A stretch of 64,000 nucleotides of DNA from Phyllosticta citribraziliensis (lineage: Eukaryota), in NCBI RefSeq assembly GCF_038025025.1, contig NW_027117347.1:1736001-1800000 (forward strand), read 5' to 3'. This document shows, piece after piece, positions 34,484 to 46,290 of the stretch. Below the pieces are notes generated by a model that worked only from the letters and a program-made list of their open reading frames with translations, was not told the origin of the DNA and did not search any database. The position numbers and the translations under genes are program-made. The first letter of the stretch is position 1. Each line of letters begins with the position of its first letter.

Positions 34484-35981
34484 TCAAACAATGGAAAGCT
34501 TCCACTGCCTCATGTCCAAAACATCACGCCAATCGACTGTCTCATTCGACAAACGAAGCTGCCAAAGCTCCTCAAGCACTCTCAGCGCGCAGTCGTAGTT
34601 GTAAAGGTATCGGGATGCCACGATAGACTTCATCTTCGTTCGTATCGCCTGCATGTCGTCGGGGTGGGCAATCTCTCCACCACAGATGAAAAGGGGGAAG
34701 AGCAACGAGCTCTCGACGAGGCTTTGGTGCGGAATCTTGTGTAGTCTGGCAATGATGCCATGGGCCAGCGAGGGAGCGTTGGTTTGGAATGCGGCGCCGC
34801 CTGCCAAGTTGCGACGGACGACTCGATGGAGGTGGATGAGGGCGGCGTTGCGATACATCTCGGCAAGGTCGACGAGACCCTCGGACTGGTCGACGTTGTC
34901 GCATTCCCAATCCAGCAACTCCTCTTCTAGCTTCAAGGCCCTCGCTCGAGAGGCGCCCTCGAAGAAGTCGTCTCGAAGTCGTCGTGCCTCAATCATATCG
35001 GCATTGAGCACACTCGTCTCTGAGATCAAAAACAAGAGCCGAGATGCGACGCCAAACAAGCTGTCCGGCGGCTCCTTCTCGCCGAAGAACCAGTAATGCC
35101 CCGCCACGAGGAGCGGCCGCGTATCCGCGGCGACGGCGGCCATGATGTCGTGGTAAGCGAAACTGCGCAGAAGCCACTGGCCCTCGAACGAGGCAAACGG
35201 ACTGGTATCCCACGACGTCGCATCACCGCCCTTGTCGCAGACGGACCGCATCACTTGATTGGCGCCCGTGAGGTGGATGAACCATTGCCTCGTGTCGCCA
35301 GATATGCTCTCCAGCGCACACTGCACCAGACAACACGCCATCTCGATTTCCGGCTCGCGTTTGGCCGACGAGATCAACGTCGTGAGCGACCGCAACGCCC
35401 TTCCCCGGCATTGCAGAGCCAACCTCTCGTACGAGGCCTCGAGCTGGGCCAGGTGGGTCGACGACCAAGCTATGATGGTATCGAGGAGGGCGGGCGAATC
35501 CATGGCAAGCGGCAAGAAGACTGATATAAAGCAGTTGTTTTCGAGGTTTGTGGTGATCAATGCGGCGAGGGTTTGCGTGTAGTATCGCAGCACCACTCTT
35601 CGTTGCGCCGCAAAATCTTCAGGCAGTTGGATGCGTCCATGTTGGAGCCAAAAGGCTGAGACATCCGGAGTCAAGGTAGTCAAAGAAGCAGACGGGCCAG
35701 CCGGGTTTTGATGCTCGGCGGAGTGAGTTGTCCGAGAGAGAGATTGTCGTGGGCGACCGCGCTTTCGCGGCTGTGTGGGATCCTCTCGGCGGCAAATGAA
35801 ATTCAGACGACTGCATGCGCCGCATATGGGATAGGCTTGATCGCATTTCTTCTTGCTGTTCGTTCATGTTGGCCAAGTGGTCGATGCGAGGAGTATACAC
35901 TGAGACCCACCGGTCACGACACGTTAGACAGCCGTTGCGGAGGCGCTTTCGCAACAGGCTTGCTTCAACTTCGCTAGTCAT
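34484..35981 (-). CDS. Zn(II)2Cys6 transcription factor with fungal-specific C-terminal domain
   Basis: Spliced N-terminus [29 protein letters not shown] (intron at about 35910-35856) reads in frame into ORF 34484-35683 (FAYHDIMA, LLFPLFICG, VDWRDVL). Confidence 0.9.
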
Positions 35982-36915
35982 GGGGCCGGCCTGTTGCTAC
36001 AGAAAGCTGGAAATGGCGGGAGCGCCGACTGGCGATTGAGAAACGAGACTGGTCAGCCAAATCATCAGACATTGGGAAGTAAGGTTGGGTGCGCGCAAGC
36101 CTTATCATGGCATCTTCAACATGACCTGATGTTCGATTACGCCTGCCGTGGTCGGTCCCTCAACGGGTAGGGAAAAACCAAAGTCCGGCTCACCGCCTTC
36201 CTTTTTCAGCACCAAAAGCCCTTCCGCTGGCTGTCGAAATCAAGTGTGACCATTCTGATTGCATGTTGTATGTAGACGAGACCCTCCAATCTAGTCCGTC
36301 ACCCACAGGCGCAAAGATGCAACTCTAGCGAATAAACAACAAGAAAAGATCCGAGAACGCTTTTTTCTCCTCGGCTCCCAAAAATGGCGTGGATTACAAA
36401 GCGAGCAGGACATGTAAAAAAGGGGAGGACGGTGATGAAAGATTAGAGAAGTGGTGGTGGGAAAACAAGCCGTCCAGCAGCCCCCAAAGAAAGAGCCCAC
36501 GAGCCACTCGTCGCCTTCTGGTCTAGGTGTTTGATAATGGTCGTGAATAGCAGCAAAACAAAAACAAAAAGGCTACAAGGGTGTCATCAGCCGCTGGTGG
36601 TGGTGGTCGTACAAATCACATGAGAGAGGAAGAAAAGGCCCAAGGGTGGAAGAGGGCGGACAGCGAAGGTCGGAAGTGACGTTGGACGAGGAAAGAAGAA
36701 AGGTTAAACGGCAGGCGACATGGACTGCCAGTCAGTCTTGAACCCACCAAACAAAGTGTTTGTGAAGCCGCTTGCGCCATGGAGAAAAGAAGAAAACTGG
36801 AAAGAGAAAGAAGGCCAAGGGGGACTGGTACGACAAGGGCTCTGCGCCGGACCCAATAGGTACATCGAACTGATCGAGCAGGAAGAGATGACGTCGGTGA
36901 GACCAGGATGGATCT

Positions 36916-39900
36916 TCACGCAGCGACAGCTCTGACGCCCTGCAGGAGCAGTCCAAACATGAAACCGCGGGCCACCTCGCTGACCTGCAAACAGTCAAAC
37001 ACCTTGCCAAGTGCTTCGCCGGTGGCTGCCTGGCCCATGACGCTGGTCAGCGCCTGCGGCATGCCCCTCTCGATGAGGAGCTTCCTGGCCTTGAGGCGCA
37101 GCTTTTCCTTTTCCTCGTCGCTCATCTCCGGCGGCCAGGCTTTGAGCTCTTCCTCTGTGGGCAAGGTGTTGGCGCGCAGTTTCTTGATGTGGCTGGCAAT
37201 TCCGGAATCGCCCGAGTTGGCCTCGAGGACTGTGTCTTGCAGGAGGACGCGAATCGACTCGAGCTGGGGATTCCCCGGGCGCAGGAGAAAGGTTTTGGCG
37301 GCATTGAGGAGGGTCTTGCGTATTTGCCAGGCAGAGCTCAGCGTGTAGAGTTCGTTGATAATGGCGAAAAAGAGTTCGACTGCCATCTGAGTCTCGCCTT
37401 CGTTCAAGGGCGTCTTTGACTTGGTCTCATCACCCTTCTTGGGCATCGTCTTGGAAGTATGACTTCGCGGTGCCATCTTGGGTGGGCTTTGAAGGTCGCT
37501 GGTCAGCGACGTAGCCACTGTAGATGCACGAGACAGTCGCCTCGAGTCGTCCCGCTGGTGCCAGGTGTTGCTTTTCCGCGCTTCGGGGCTCGAGGGATTG
37601 GAGGGGGGCCCATAGTCGTCAGGGATGTCTGAGGGGAGAGGTGGGAGGTTCAAGATTTGATCCCCGCCCATTAAAGGCGAGATATCGATGCTGTCTCTCC
37701 CAGAAGGCGCTCTGCTTGGTGCTCGGCTGTGTTCTCGACTCGACTTGCCGTACGTTGAAGATCTCGAGGACGAGCCGGGGCGAGTCTTTTGCTCGATTTC
37801 ATCGGGGTTCCAGCTAGGCCGCCGCTCCATCTGTTGGATAGGCGCAGGTTGCTGGTCCACGACGAGCGTATTCCGCACGCTTTCTTGGCTTCTTCTCCCG
37901 AGTGGACTGCGCACACTCTCGGAGCTCTTCCTACCAGCCTGATTCACCGATATCATGCTTTCTGACCGCAGATGGCCGGGGTTGGGGAGTTCGGAGACGG
38001 TACTCTCAGCCCTCTTGTGCCTCGCAGCAGCAGTCTGGGCTGTCTCGTCCGATTTACTCAGCGTCGCACTGCTCGTTGTCCTCTTCTTCGGTCCAAGACC
38101 TCCAAGGACCCCGGTGACCCCACCGAACAGAGCCTTGCCGCCCCCAGCCACCTGATTTGGTGCCTTGGTCAAGGTGTCAAACATGCCCTTGCCCACGTTT
38201 TCAAACGCCGACGATGGCCAGCCAAATCCCTTTCCGGCAGCAGCCTGCAACCCCGTGTCCTTTTCGAAGAATCTCTTGATGCCCTCCGAGTCGGCCAGTG
38301 GTTGCCAGCAGAGCGCATCATTTAGATATCTCTCAAGCTCGCCACGCAAAGAGGGTTTTGTGTGGCCTTTCCAGGCTGGCAAGGTGGAGTGTGCCTCGTT
38401 GAAACCTACCCCAGCGACTACAGAGATGCGCCGCAGAACTTCATGAAGCGTCTCAAAATCCGTGTACTTGCGCGAAATCATCCACCCGGGGTGCTGTGTC
38501 GATGCTGGCTCAATCTGGATAAAGTAGTCCCCGGCAGGCTTCGACCGGATCGAAGACTTGTCACCAGGCACCGAGTCATCAAACATGGCAACCTTGGCGT
38601 TGTAGAGCGTTAGAGGCGGTGGCTTGGCCAAATTTTGCGGTGTTCCGCCGAGCGCAGTTGGAACATTGGGGTTCCCAATGACCTGGTCGAAGCTGGTAAA
38701 GGGCTGGTTTTTGGAGTCTCGCGATGCTGGCCTGCTGGGTTCGGCTGAAGGTTGGGGGTTGGCTGTCTCGGCCTTGACTGTGTCGTTATTGGTAGCTCTG
38801 CTCGTCATCACAGAGTCGCGAAGTGAGGGGTCCCGTTCCTCGTTGTCGCGATCACTTTGGGATGATGACGGTGTAGCGGCTCCCTGAGTTGTGCCGTCCG
38901 AAGTGTCGTCGTGGCTCTGTCTGGAATTTTCCCTGCCTTGGCTGCCTGCGTCCTTTTCTGGTTCATCACTTCCATGACGCTTGCGTTCGTCCTCCTCGAT
39001 TATCAACTGCGTCAAGCGCTTGGCTTCCTTCATCGCTTCGTCCATTGCCTCTTGCGCCTTGCTGACATTGCGTCGATGGCTTCTGGCTCTGTCTGGCGAG
39101 TGGTCGTTCGCCATGTCTTCCGCGTCCTCGCCTTGGTCCTTGACGTCTTCCAGTCTTTTCCCAGTCGAGCCCTCGACGCCAGCATCAATCTCCTTCATCA
39201 ACTCCGGCTCGCCCTCTTCCAGGAGATATACGATCCAACCATTGATCCACTCTGGCTTGGAACAATTAGTCACGGTCATTTCGAGAATGACCTTGGCAAG
39301 AATCTCCCTCAGAAATGTCCGCGCGGGCCGACAGTTGTACGTTTTGGGCTCGAGGTAGTTTTGCAGTATATCCTCAGCGACGGCATCCAGCTTGTTGGCC
39401 TGGTGTTTTCGATCCAACACATGGGCTAGCTTGCTGTCCGGCTTCGATTTTAGATATGTTTGTATTGCCTCGGGTGCAGCAGTCGTGGGAGAGGCGGCGA
39501 TGGCATCAGACAATTCATTCAAGAAGACGATGATGATGGCGGAGGAGTTTGTGAGATATTCGAGAAAGAAGTCGGCGGGGCGTTTGCGGGAGAGATGGTT
39601 GGACACGGACAGAACAAAAGCAGTGAGGGTTTGGCGACAGGCGTTGGGAAAGGCCAGCTCGATCGGTACAATGGGCGAGTACCACCACCTGGGGCTCGTG
39701 ATTAGCAGCATGCCACGGGTGTCGCGGAAGCGGAACTAACTTGACATAGTCACGGATCACGGCATCCGTCAATTCGTCCAGGGCTTCGGCAGTCTCGGGC
39801 TGAAAGGTCGAGTAGTCCAGCTGCTTGCCGGAGAAGAGCTGGACATCCAGATCGTCGTCTCTGCGGGCGGACTCGCTCTGCTTCTGCGCCTGCAAGTCCA

Positions 39901-40288
39901 GCACGCGCTTGATGATGTCGAGCGACGTCTCCTTGCGGCGCTTCTCCTCGCCGGCGCGCGCCGACTCGTCGCCAAAGAGTTCCTGGATGTTGTTCTCCCA
40001 TTGCGCGTGGAGGACTATGCCGCCCACGACGCCCATCAAGACCAAACCGACGCGGCCCAGCACGAGGTAGGTGACGCCTCCGAGGCCGACCAGGCAGGCA
40101 CCGAGGGTCTCGTTTGAAGCGGTGGAGAGGAAGCGCAGGGCATGGTCGGTCAGGGACTGGATGTCGACGAGAGGGCCCGGCGGAAGGCGTGGAGAGTCTG
40201 GGGAGGGCGCATCTTTGGCGGTCGGGGCAGGGAGTTGGCCGTGGTCGAGGTGGTTGGACGAGGTAGAGTCCTGGCTGGAGGAATCCAT
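36916..40288 (-). CDS. PXA / PX / sorting-nexin C-terminal domain protein
   Basis: N-terminal hydrophobic hairpin, PXA-like VIRDYVK-WWYSPI, PX-like ISRKYTDFETLHEVL, C-terminal ALTSVMG..GKVFDCLQ. Intron at about 39740-39689. Confidence 0.85.
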
Positions 40289-40640
40289 TGGGGCTGTCAA
40301 ATCGGAGGGGGCATTTGGGGGAGCGAGGAGAGAAAGAGAGGTGCAGAGAGGATGACGGTGGTGCCTGAGATGGTGTGGCAGAGGGAGCTGAGGCAAGCCA
40401 AGGAAGGGGGAGTCGTGAGACTGACGACGTAGGGTGGTGGAGGTGGTAAGTAGAGGACAGGGCAGGGCACGGGCTCGGGACATGGAGGTGAGCCCAGACG
40501 GGACCTGGAGTGACGGCCTGACGGGTGGCGCCTTCCAGAAAAAGTTGGCCGTCGATCTTATTGACGCCCTCCACTGCTTCAGACAAAATGCGCCGCTGCA
40601 AATCAAAATCACCACCTCCGCTTCCGCCTCGCCCTCCGCC

Positions 40641-41513
40641 ATGAACACCTGCGCCGCCTGTCACGATCCGCTGGTCGTCGAGATCGACCCCCAAGACGAC
40701 GACCTGGAAGTGCCCGCCGCCGCATCCTCCTCCTCCTCCGCCGCAGCTCCCCAGACCGTCCCAGATGATGTCAGTTTGCGCCGTTCGGTTCCTCGCGCTC
40801 CAGCTCACAAAGCCTCTCTACAGATCCACCTCGTAGCCTGCGGCTGCCACTACCACTGGCAATGCCTCCTCGACGCCTACTCCGTCACCGAGTGCCCCAG
40901 CTGTGGCGCGTCCATCGTGTCGCAAGCCCCGGACGGCGGCCAGCAAGTGCTGAGCAACATTGACAACGAGGGCGGCGCGCAGCAGAATGTCGACATCTTG
41001 CCCCTGCTGAGCGAGGAGGGTTACCTCAAGGCCTACCCCGAGGAACGCAAATGCCGCGCCTTTTTGGAATTCTGCCGCCAAGGGGACGTTGAGGCCGTCG
41101 TTGAGATGCTGCAGGGCGGCCACGACGACGACAGCGACAGCGACAGCGACGACGAGGACGAGCGTGCAGGCGCAATGGACACGGACGCGCCCCCGCGCGA
41201 CCCCGTGGACCTGCTCCGCTACCAGGACGCGCTGGGCGACAACAGCTCGGCGCTGCACGCGGCCGTGGCCAGCGGCAGTCAAGAGGTCGCATGGGTGCTG
41301 CTGCTGCTCTCCTCCAATCTGGACCTGGGCCACTTCCCCCCACAGGTGCTGGACGAGGCGAAAGCGTTGGGGCTGGCGCGCGACGACCAGACGGCGGCCA
41401 AGGTCGACATCAGGAGCCTGAGGGACGCCGAGGGCAGGACAGCAGAGGACCTGGCCGCCATGGTCGGCGGCGTCTGGCAGCCCTGGTTAGGCAACCGCTG
41501 GCTGGCCGTCTGA
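40641..41513 (+). CDS. RING-H2 finger plus ankyrin-like repeat protein
   Basis: CAAC...CGCHYHWQC...CPSC, followed by SALHAAVASG and DAEGRTAEDLA. In-frame 54-nt intron 40770-40823. Confidence 0.78.
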   Translation: MNTCAACHDPLVVEIDPQDDDLEVPAAASSSSSAAAPQTVPDDVSLRRSVPRAPAHKASLQIHLVACGCHYHWQCLLDAYSVTECPSCGASIVSQAPDGGQQVLSNIDNEGGAQQNVDILPLLSEEGYLKAYPEERKCRAFLEFCRQGDVEAVVEMLQGGHDDDSDSDSDDEDERAGAMDTDAPPRDPVDLLRYQDALGDNSSALHAAVASGSQEVAWVLLLLSSNLDLGHFPPQVLDEAKALGLARDDQTAAKVDIRSLRDAEGRTAEDLAAMVGGVWQPWLGNRWLAV

Positions 41514-41639
41514 ACGATGTTCATTTGGAGGACGCCGGCCCAGACCGCTCGGCCACGACGATCGCGCCGTCGAGCAATCAAATCGTCGTGGTCGCTGCAT
41601 TTCCGTTTCAGGCCCCGACGGGAGGTGGCAGTGGCAGAC

Positions 41640-41678
41640 CCACCACCACATCATCATCACCACCATCATCATCACCAC
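41640..41678. repeat. Compound (CAC)/(CAT) microsatellite
   Basis: Read directly; intergenic. Confidence 0.8.
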
Positions 41679-41911
41679 GACTCAAATAAAAATAGCACAA
41701 GGGACCCAAAAAGTCAAATCTCTTCTACATATTCTATCAAATGGTGCCAGGCATTTGCCCCTCCTCAAATCTCAGGCGCAGCTGGCAAAAAGACAGGGCG
41801 CGTCCGAGTTCCAAAGCTGAAAATAGGAGGGGCTGCAATTGCTCTCCGCCGTCCGAGTGAAGTCCAAGCATTCAAAGTCGATGCCACCATGCTAGACTCA
41901 AAGAAGAAGGC

Positions 41912-41927
41912 GTGTGTGTGTGTGTGT
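41912..41927. repeat. (GT)8 microsatellite
   Basis: Read directly; intergenic. Confidence 0.85.
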
Positions 41928-42026
41928 TTCCCGTATGTAGGAAGACCACGGTCCTGATCTTGCTCGTGCTCCTCCTCCTCCATCACCATCACCACATCAT
42001 CCCCAGGTCCCCCAACCAACACACCC

Positions 42027-42554
42027 TCACCTCACAAACTTGGTATGACTCCCCCTCGCCACAACCGGCCACTCCCCCCTACCTTTCCCCTGCACAACCT
42101 TCCGCAACACGACCCTCGTAAACGCCAACGAGCCCCCCACCTTGTCCGCCACGCCCTCCACCTCCAGCACATCGCCCTCGCGCGCGCCGCTCACAAAGCT
42201 CAAATGCATGTCCACGCTGACGCCGTTCTTCTCGCGCCGCCCGGCCGCCGTGATGGCCAGCCCGCCCACCAGGTCGACCAGCGTCGCCGACACGCTGCCG
42301 TGCAGGCTGCTCTTCGAGTTGACGTGTGTGCTGCTGAGCGGCAGCGTTGCGTGCATGTGGCCGGAGCTGGAGGCGGACGTGATGGTGAGCCCGCTGAAGA
42401 GGAAGCCGTAGATGGGTGATTTGGGGACGATGCTGAGCCAGTAGGCGCGCACGTGGGCGAGGGTTGCTTCGGCGTCGGCGGCGTCGGCGTCGGCGTCGAC
42501 GTCTGCTGCCGCGGTGGTGGTAGTGGTGGGCGCCGGAGCGGCTGGCGATGCCAT
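42027..42554 (-). CDS. Hotdog-fold acyl-CoA thioesterase (PaaI/ACOT13-like)
   Basis: HVNSKSSLHGSVSATLVD, GVSVDMHLSFVS, KVGGSLAF, GSHTKF. Confidence 0.87.
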   Translation of the reverse strand: MASPAAPAPTTTTTAAADVDADADAADAEATLAHVRAYWLSIVPKSPIYGFLFSGLTITSASSSGHMHATLPLSSTHVNSKSSLHGSVSATLVDLVGGLAITAAGRREKNGVSVDMHLSFVSGAREGDVLEVEGVADKVGGSLAFTRVVLRKVVQGKGRGEWPVVARGSHTKFVR

Positions 42555-43222
42555 TGTGGGTAGTGCGTGTGGGAGCGGGAGTGGGAGTGCGTAAGAGCGG
42601 GCAGTGAATGGGAAGGAGATAGACAAGGGAGGTGTGGATGTGGGTGGGTGGGTGGACGAGTGAGTGAGTGAGTGGTGGACGACTGGTTGGGGAAAAGCAC
42701 TGGAGTTGTTGGTGCAGCAGCCGGGGGTTCCTTTTCAACCACGACTGCGCGCCCTCCGCCAAACCGACGCCGGTTATCTTATCGATCGAAAAATTGTTGC
42801 CGCTCCGTTGCTACCATGCATTGCGCTTCAATTGGCATATGTACCTATTGACATTGTGGATTGGCGCCCTGTTTGAGGGTCTGGTTTGGTGGTTGTGTTC
42901 TCTGCCTGGTGCGAGGTTTTGGTCTCCTGGGAGTGTTGCGGTACCTGTAGGAAGAGATGCTGGTGAGATGCTCATCACAGCGTCTACTCTTGGGCTGTCT
43001 GTCTCTGCCTTGCTTCTGCCCTTCCCTTTCATTGCTGCATTCAGTTCGTTGGTAAGGGCCAAGTAAATTCCTCCCTCTGCTCCGTTCAATTCCAAGTCAT
43101 GTACAGTACAGCGTCAAGGGCCGTGATGCATTATACAGACGCGCAAGCCTTTTGCCCGATTCATTTACCATGACAGGCGTCTCCCAACAAGTCGCTCATC
43201 CATCCAAACTAGGTATATACCT

Positions 43223-44369
43223 TCAAGGCCCCATGATGGCGCGCACGTCCCAGACCAGCAGTCTCTCGTCCCACCCGCAGCTCGCGCACCACCCCTCGGC
43301 GCCAAACAAGCACCAGTCGACGCCGGTCACAAACTCGGTGTGTCTGCCCATCCGCCCCATCTCGCGGCCAGCGCCGCCGCCGGCCCCCGCCGCCATTGGA
43401 CCTTGCGGGGGCGGGGGGATGTTTTCCTGTCCCACGCCCAGGGCGCTGCCGTCCGTCCACACCCGGCACGTCATGTCGTAGCTGGCGCTGAGCAGCACGT
43501 CCGACAGGTGCGGGCTCCAGCTGAGGCGGCGCACGGCGTAGTCGTGGCCGGGCAGCACGGCGACGGGGCCGGCGCCCGGCTGGCGAATGTCAAAGGAGCG
43601 GATGGTGCGGTCGACGCCGGCCGTGGCGATGATGCCGTCGCGGTACTTGTTCCAGTCGTGGGTCAAGGCCTCGCTGGGCGGGGCGCCCATGGGCAGCGGG
43701 GCGCCGATGCGCGACTTGGCCGGGGCGTGGATGGGGATGCTGAGGGTGAGGTGGTTGCTGGCGCTGGCCGGGGTGCGCAGGTCGAAGATGCGCAGGTGGC
43801 TGTCGCTGCTGACGGCGCTCAAGACGTGCGGGCTGTGCGGGCTGTACTCGGCGCTGTAGGTGCAGCTGTGCGTGGGCAGCGTGGCGATGGACGCGGGCGC
43901 CGCCGGATTCCAGATCTTGACGGTGCCGTCCCACGACGACGACAGGAACGTGTCCTTGGTGACGAGGTTCCAGTGCACCGAGAAGACCTCGCGCGCGTGC
44001 TCCTTCCACGACTGGATCGGGAACTCGGACAGGCTGATGTCGAACAGCTTGACGCTGCCGTCGCCGCTGCCCGCGAGTATCTGGTTCTCGTGCGCCTCGG
44101 ACCACGTGCAGTCGTACAGCGAGTCCTGCGTGTCGAACCTGCAGAAGTAAATCTCAGCGGCGTGTCTCCAGGCGTCTGGCTGCTCTTGCGTGGTGGTGTG
44201 CTGACCATTTCTCTGCTACGATGCCGTTGGGCGTGAGTCCCAGAATGTAGAGCCTGCCGTTGCCAACCAGTCCAAAGTTGGCGGACGCCGCCACCGCTAT
44301 GCGCGAGTCGAAAAAGGGAGAGTATTTGACGCTGTAGCCGTTGTAGCCCTGCGTGCGAAACTCAAGCAT
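43223..44369 (-). CDS. PEX7: Peroxisomal targeting signal 2 receptor (WD40)
   Basis: MLEFRTQGYNGYSVKYSPFFDSRIAVAASANFGLVGNGRL, LTHDWNKY, HTEFVTGVDW. One intron at about 44205-44139. Confidence 0.95.
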
Positions 44370-44696
44370 CGTGTCGGCCGTGGTCAGAGGTTCGTTCTCA
44401 TGGACAGCGCGTCGGGGGGTTGGCTCCAGTGGACCGAATGTTCATGACGCTACGCTGGCGGCCGGAACGAGAGGAGAGAAGAGCTCATTCAGAGCCGTCG
44501 CAAGGTGCGGTGGGAGGGAGGAAACGTGGGATGCGGTGGTGATGGTGGAGTACATGTGGTTGGAGCTTTGCGCAATCGACACGGACCGGGACGTCGTGAC
44601 GACATGCCGAGGCAACCACTTTCTTCCCATCAGATGTCTGAGGTGGCTTTCTCTTCTTCAACTTCTTCCTCTCCACCATGAATCTGCTACCCCTGG

Positions 44697-46131
44697 ATGA
44701 TGGATGCCTTTGTTTCCAGGAAGAGACGCAAGATATCCCCTGACAAGGACCTGCCGAACGACTCTCCCAGACTCTCTGCCCCCGAAGAAGAGTCGACCGA
44801 CTTCAAACTCGCCATCCTAGCATCTCTTCACCCCGGGCTGGACCAAGGACTACTTCTTGAAGCCCTACTATCAGCAGATGGCTGCGTCGAAAGAGCTTCG
44901 GAAAACCTTGGACAAGATGGAGGCTCCCAGAACCTCTCGGCAGACCCTCTGCGCAAAAGACCGGCCGTCGTGGGATACCAATCCTCGCTTTCCTCTTTCG
45001 GCCTGAACCACACGCGCGACGCATCTCCAACAACAAGAGGGCCCAAAAGGCTCACCAAAAAAGGCAAAACGCTGCACCTGTACTCCCCCGAGGACATCGA
45101 GACCCACACGCCGTGCTCCATCATCCACAACTTCCTGCCCGCCGCAGAGGCCGACGCGCTGCTGCGCGAGATCCTCAGCGAGGCGCCTTCGTACGGCCGC
45201 GACCAGTTCAAACTGTTCGACCGCGTCGTCGAGAGCCCGCACACGTTCTGCTTCTACGTCGACGCCTTCGACGACGTCGAGCGCCAGCGCAACGACTACG
45301 TCTACAACGGCGCCAACATCGCCGACGTCCGCCGCACCCTGCCCTGCATGCGCGCCGTCGCCGCAAAGGTCCAGCGCGCCGTCAACGACGAGATCGCCCG
45401 CCGCATCGTCCGCTTCCAGGACGGCAAGCGCCTCAGGTACCAGAGCCCGGCCGAGTGGCTCCCCAACGCCTCGTTTGTCAACTGCTACGACGGCGGCGCC
45501 GAGAGCGTCGGCTTCCACTCTGACCAGCTGACGTACCTGGGCCCGCGCGCCGTCATCGGCAGTCTGAGCCTGGGCGTGGCGCGCGAGTTCCGCGTGCGCC
45601 GGGTCGTCCCTCGAGACGACGACGACGATGCCGCGGCCAGCGGCGGCGGCGGTGGTGGTAGCGGCGCCTCCAAATCAGACGCCGACGCAGAGGGCCAGAT
45701 CGCCACCCACCTGCCGCACAACTCGCTGCTTGTCATGCACGCCAACATGCAAGAGGAGTGGAAGCACAGCATCGCGCCCGCGCAGGCCATCGACCCGCAC
45801 CCCGTCGCCGGCAACAAGCGCATCAACATCACCTACCGCCACTACAGGGACAGCCTGCACCCCAAGTACACGCCGCGCTGCAGGTGCAACGTCCCCACCG
45901 TGCTGCGGTGCGTGCAGAAGAAGAGGGAGAACAGGGGCAAGTACATGTGGATGTGCCACGCGAGCTTCACGCCGGGCCAACAGGGGTAGGTTTGCTCTTC
46001 GCTTAGCGTTTGGGTGCAGTGTTCTGACTACAAACAGATGCTCCTTCTTCCAGTGGGCCGAATTCGACGAGAACGGCGAGCCGCCGTGGGCGAAGAAGAT
46101 GCAACTGAAGATGCCGTCATCAGAGAAGTAG
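44697..46131 (+). CDS. AlkB-family 2OG-Fe(II) dioxygenase with N-terminal CUE-like and C-terminal GRF zinc-finger domains
   Basis: NCY..SVGFHSD, SLSLG, WKHSI, RINITYR; GRF finger CRC...NRGKYMWMC...CSFFQW. Intron at about 45987-46037. Confidence 0.87.
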
Positions 46132-46290
46132 AAATAAGTTTTCATACTCCGTATCTGCGTATTCCGCGTGTCCCGCATTGACAAAAGCAATAACCAATGC
46201 CCGTCGCCCTTCTCCAACAACCTCCCAAACCACCCAAGCCCAAACCAATCCAACCGTGGACCCCATCCATCGCCAACGCACCTACCCAAT

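Noticed and set aside
20386..35981. Interpretation as a secondary-metabolite biosynthetic cluster
   Set aside because: No PKS, NRPS or terpene core; the transporter is an importer-type permease and the promoters carry nitrogen-type GATA sites.
39750..40808. 352-aa minus-strand ORF and the 5' extension of ORF 39515-40648
   Set aside because: Overlap the PXA/PX first exon and the RING gene in other frames; the better start is ATG 40288.
43340..44236. 298-aa plus-strand ORF
   Set aside because: Antisense shadow of GC-rich PEX7.
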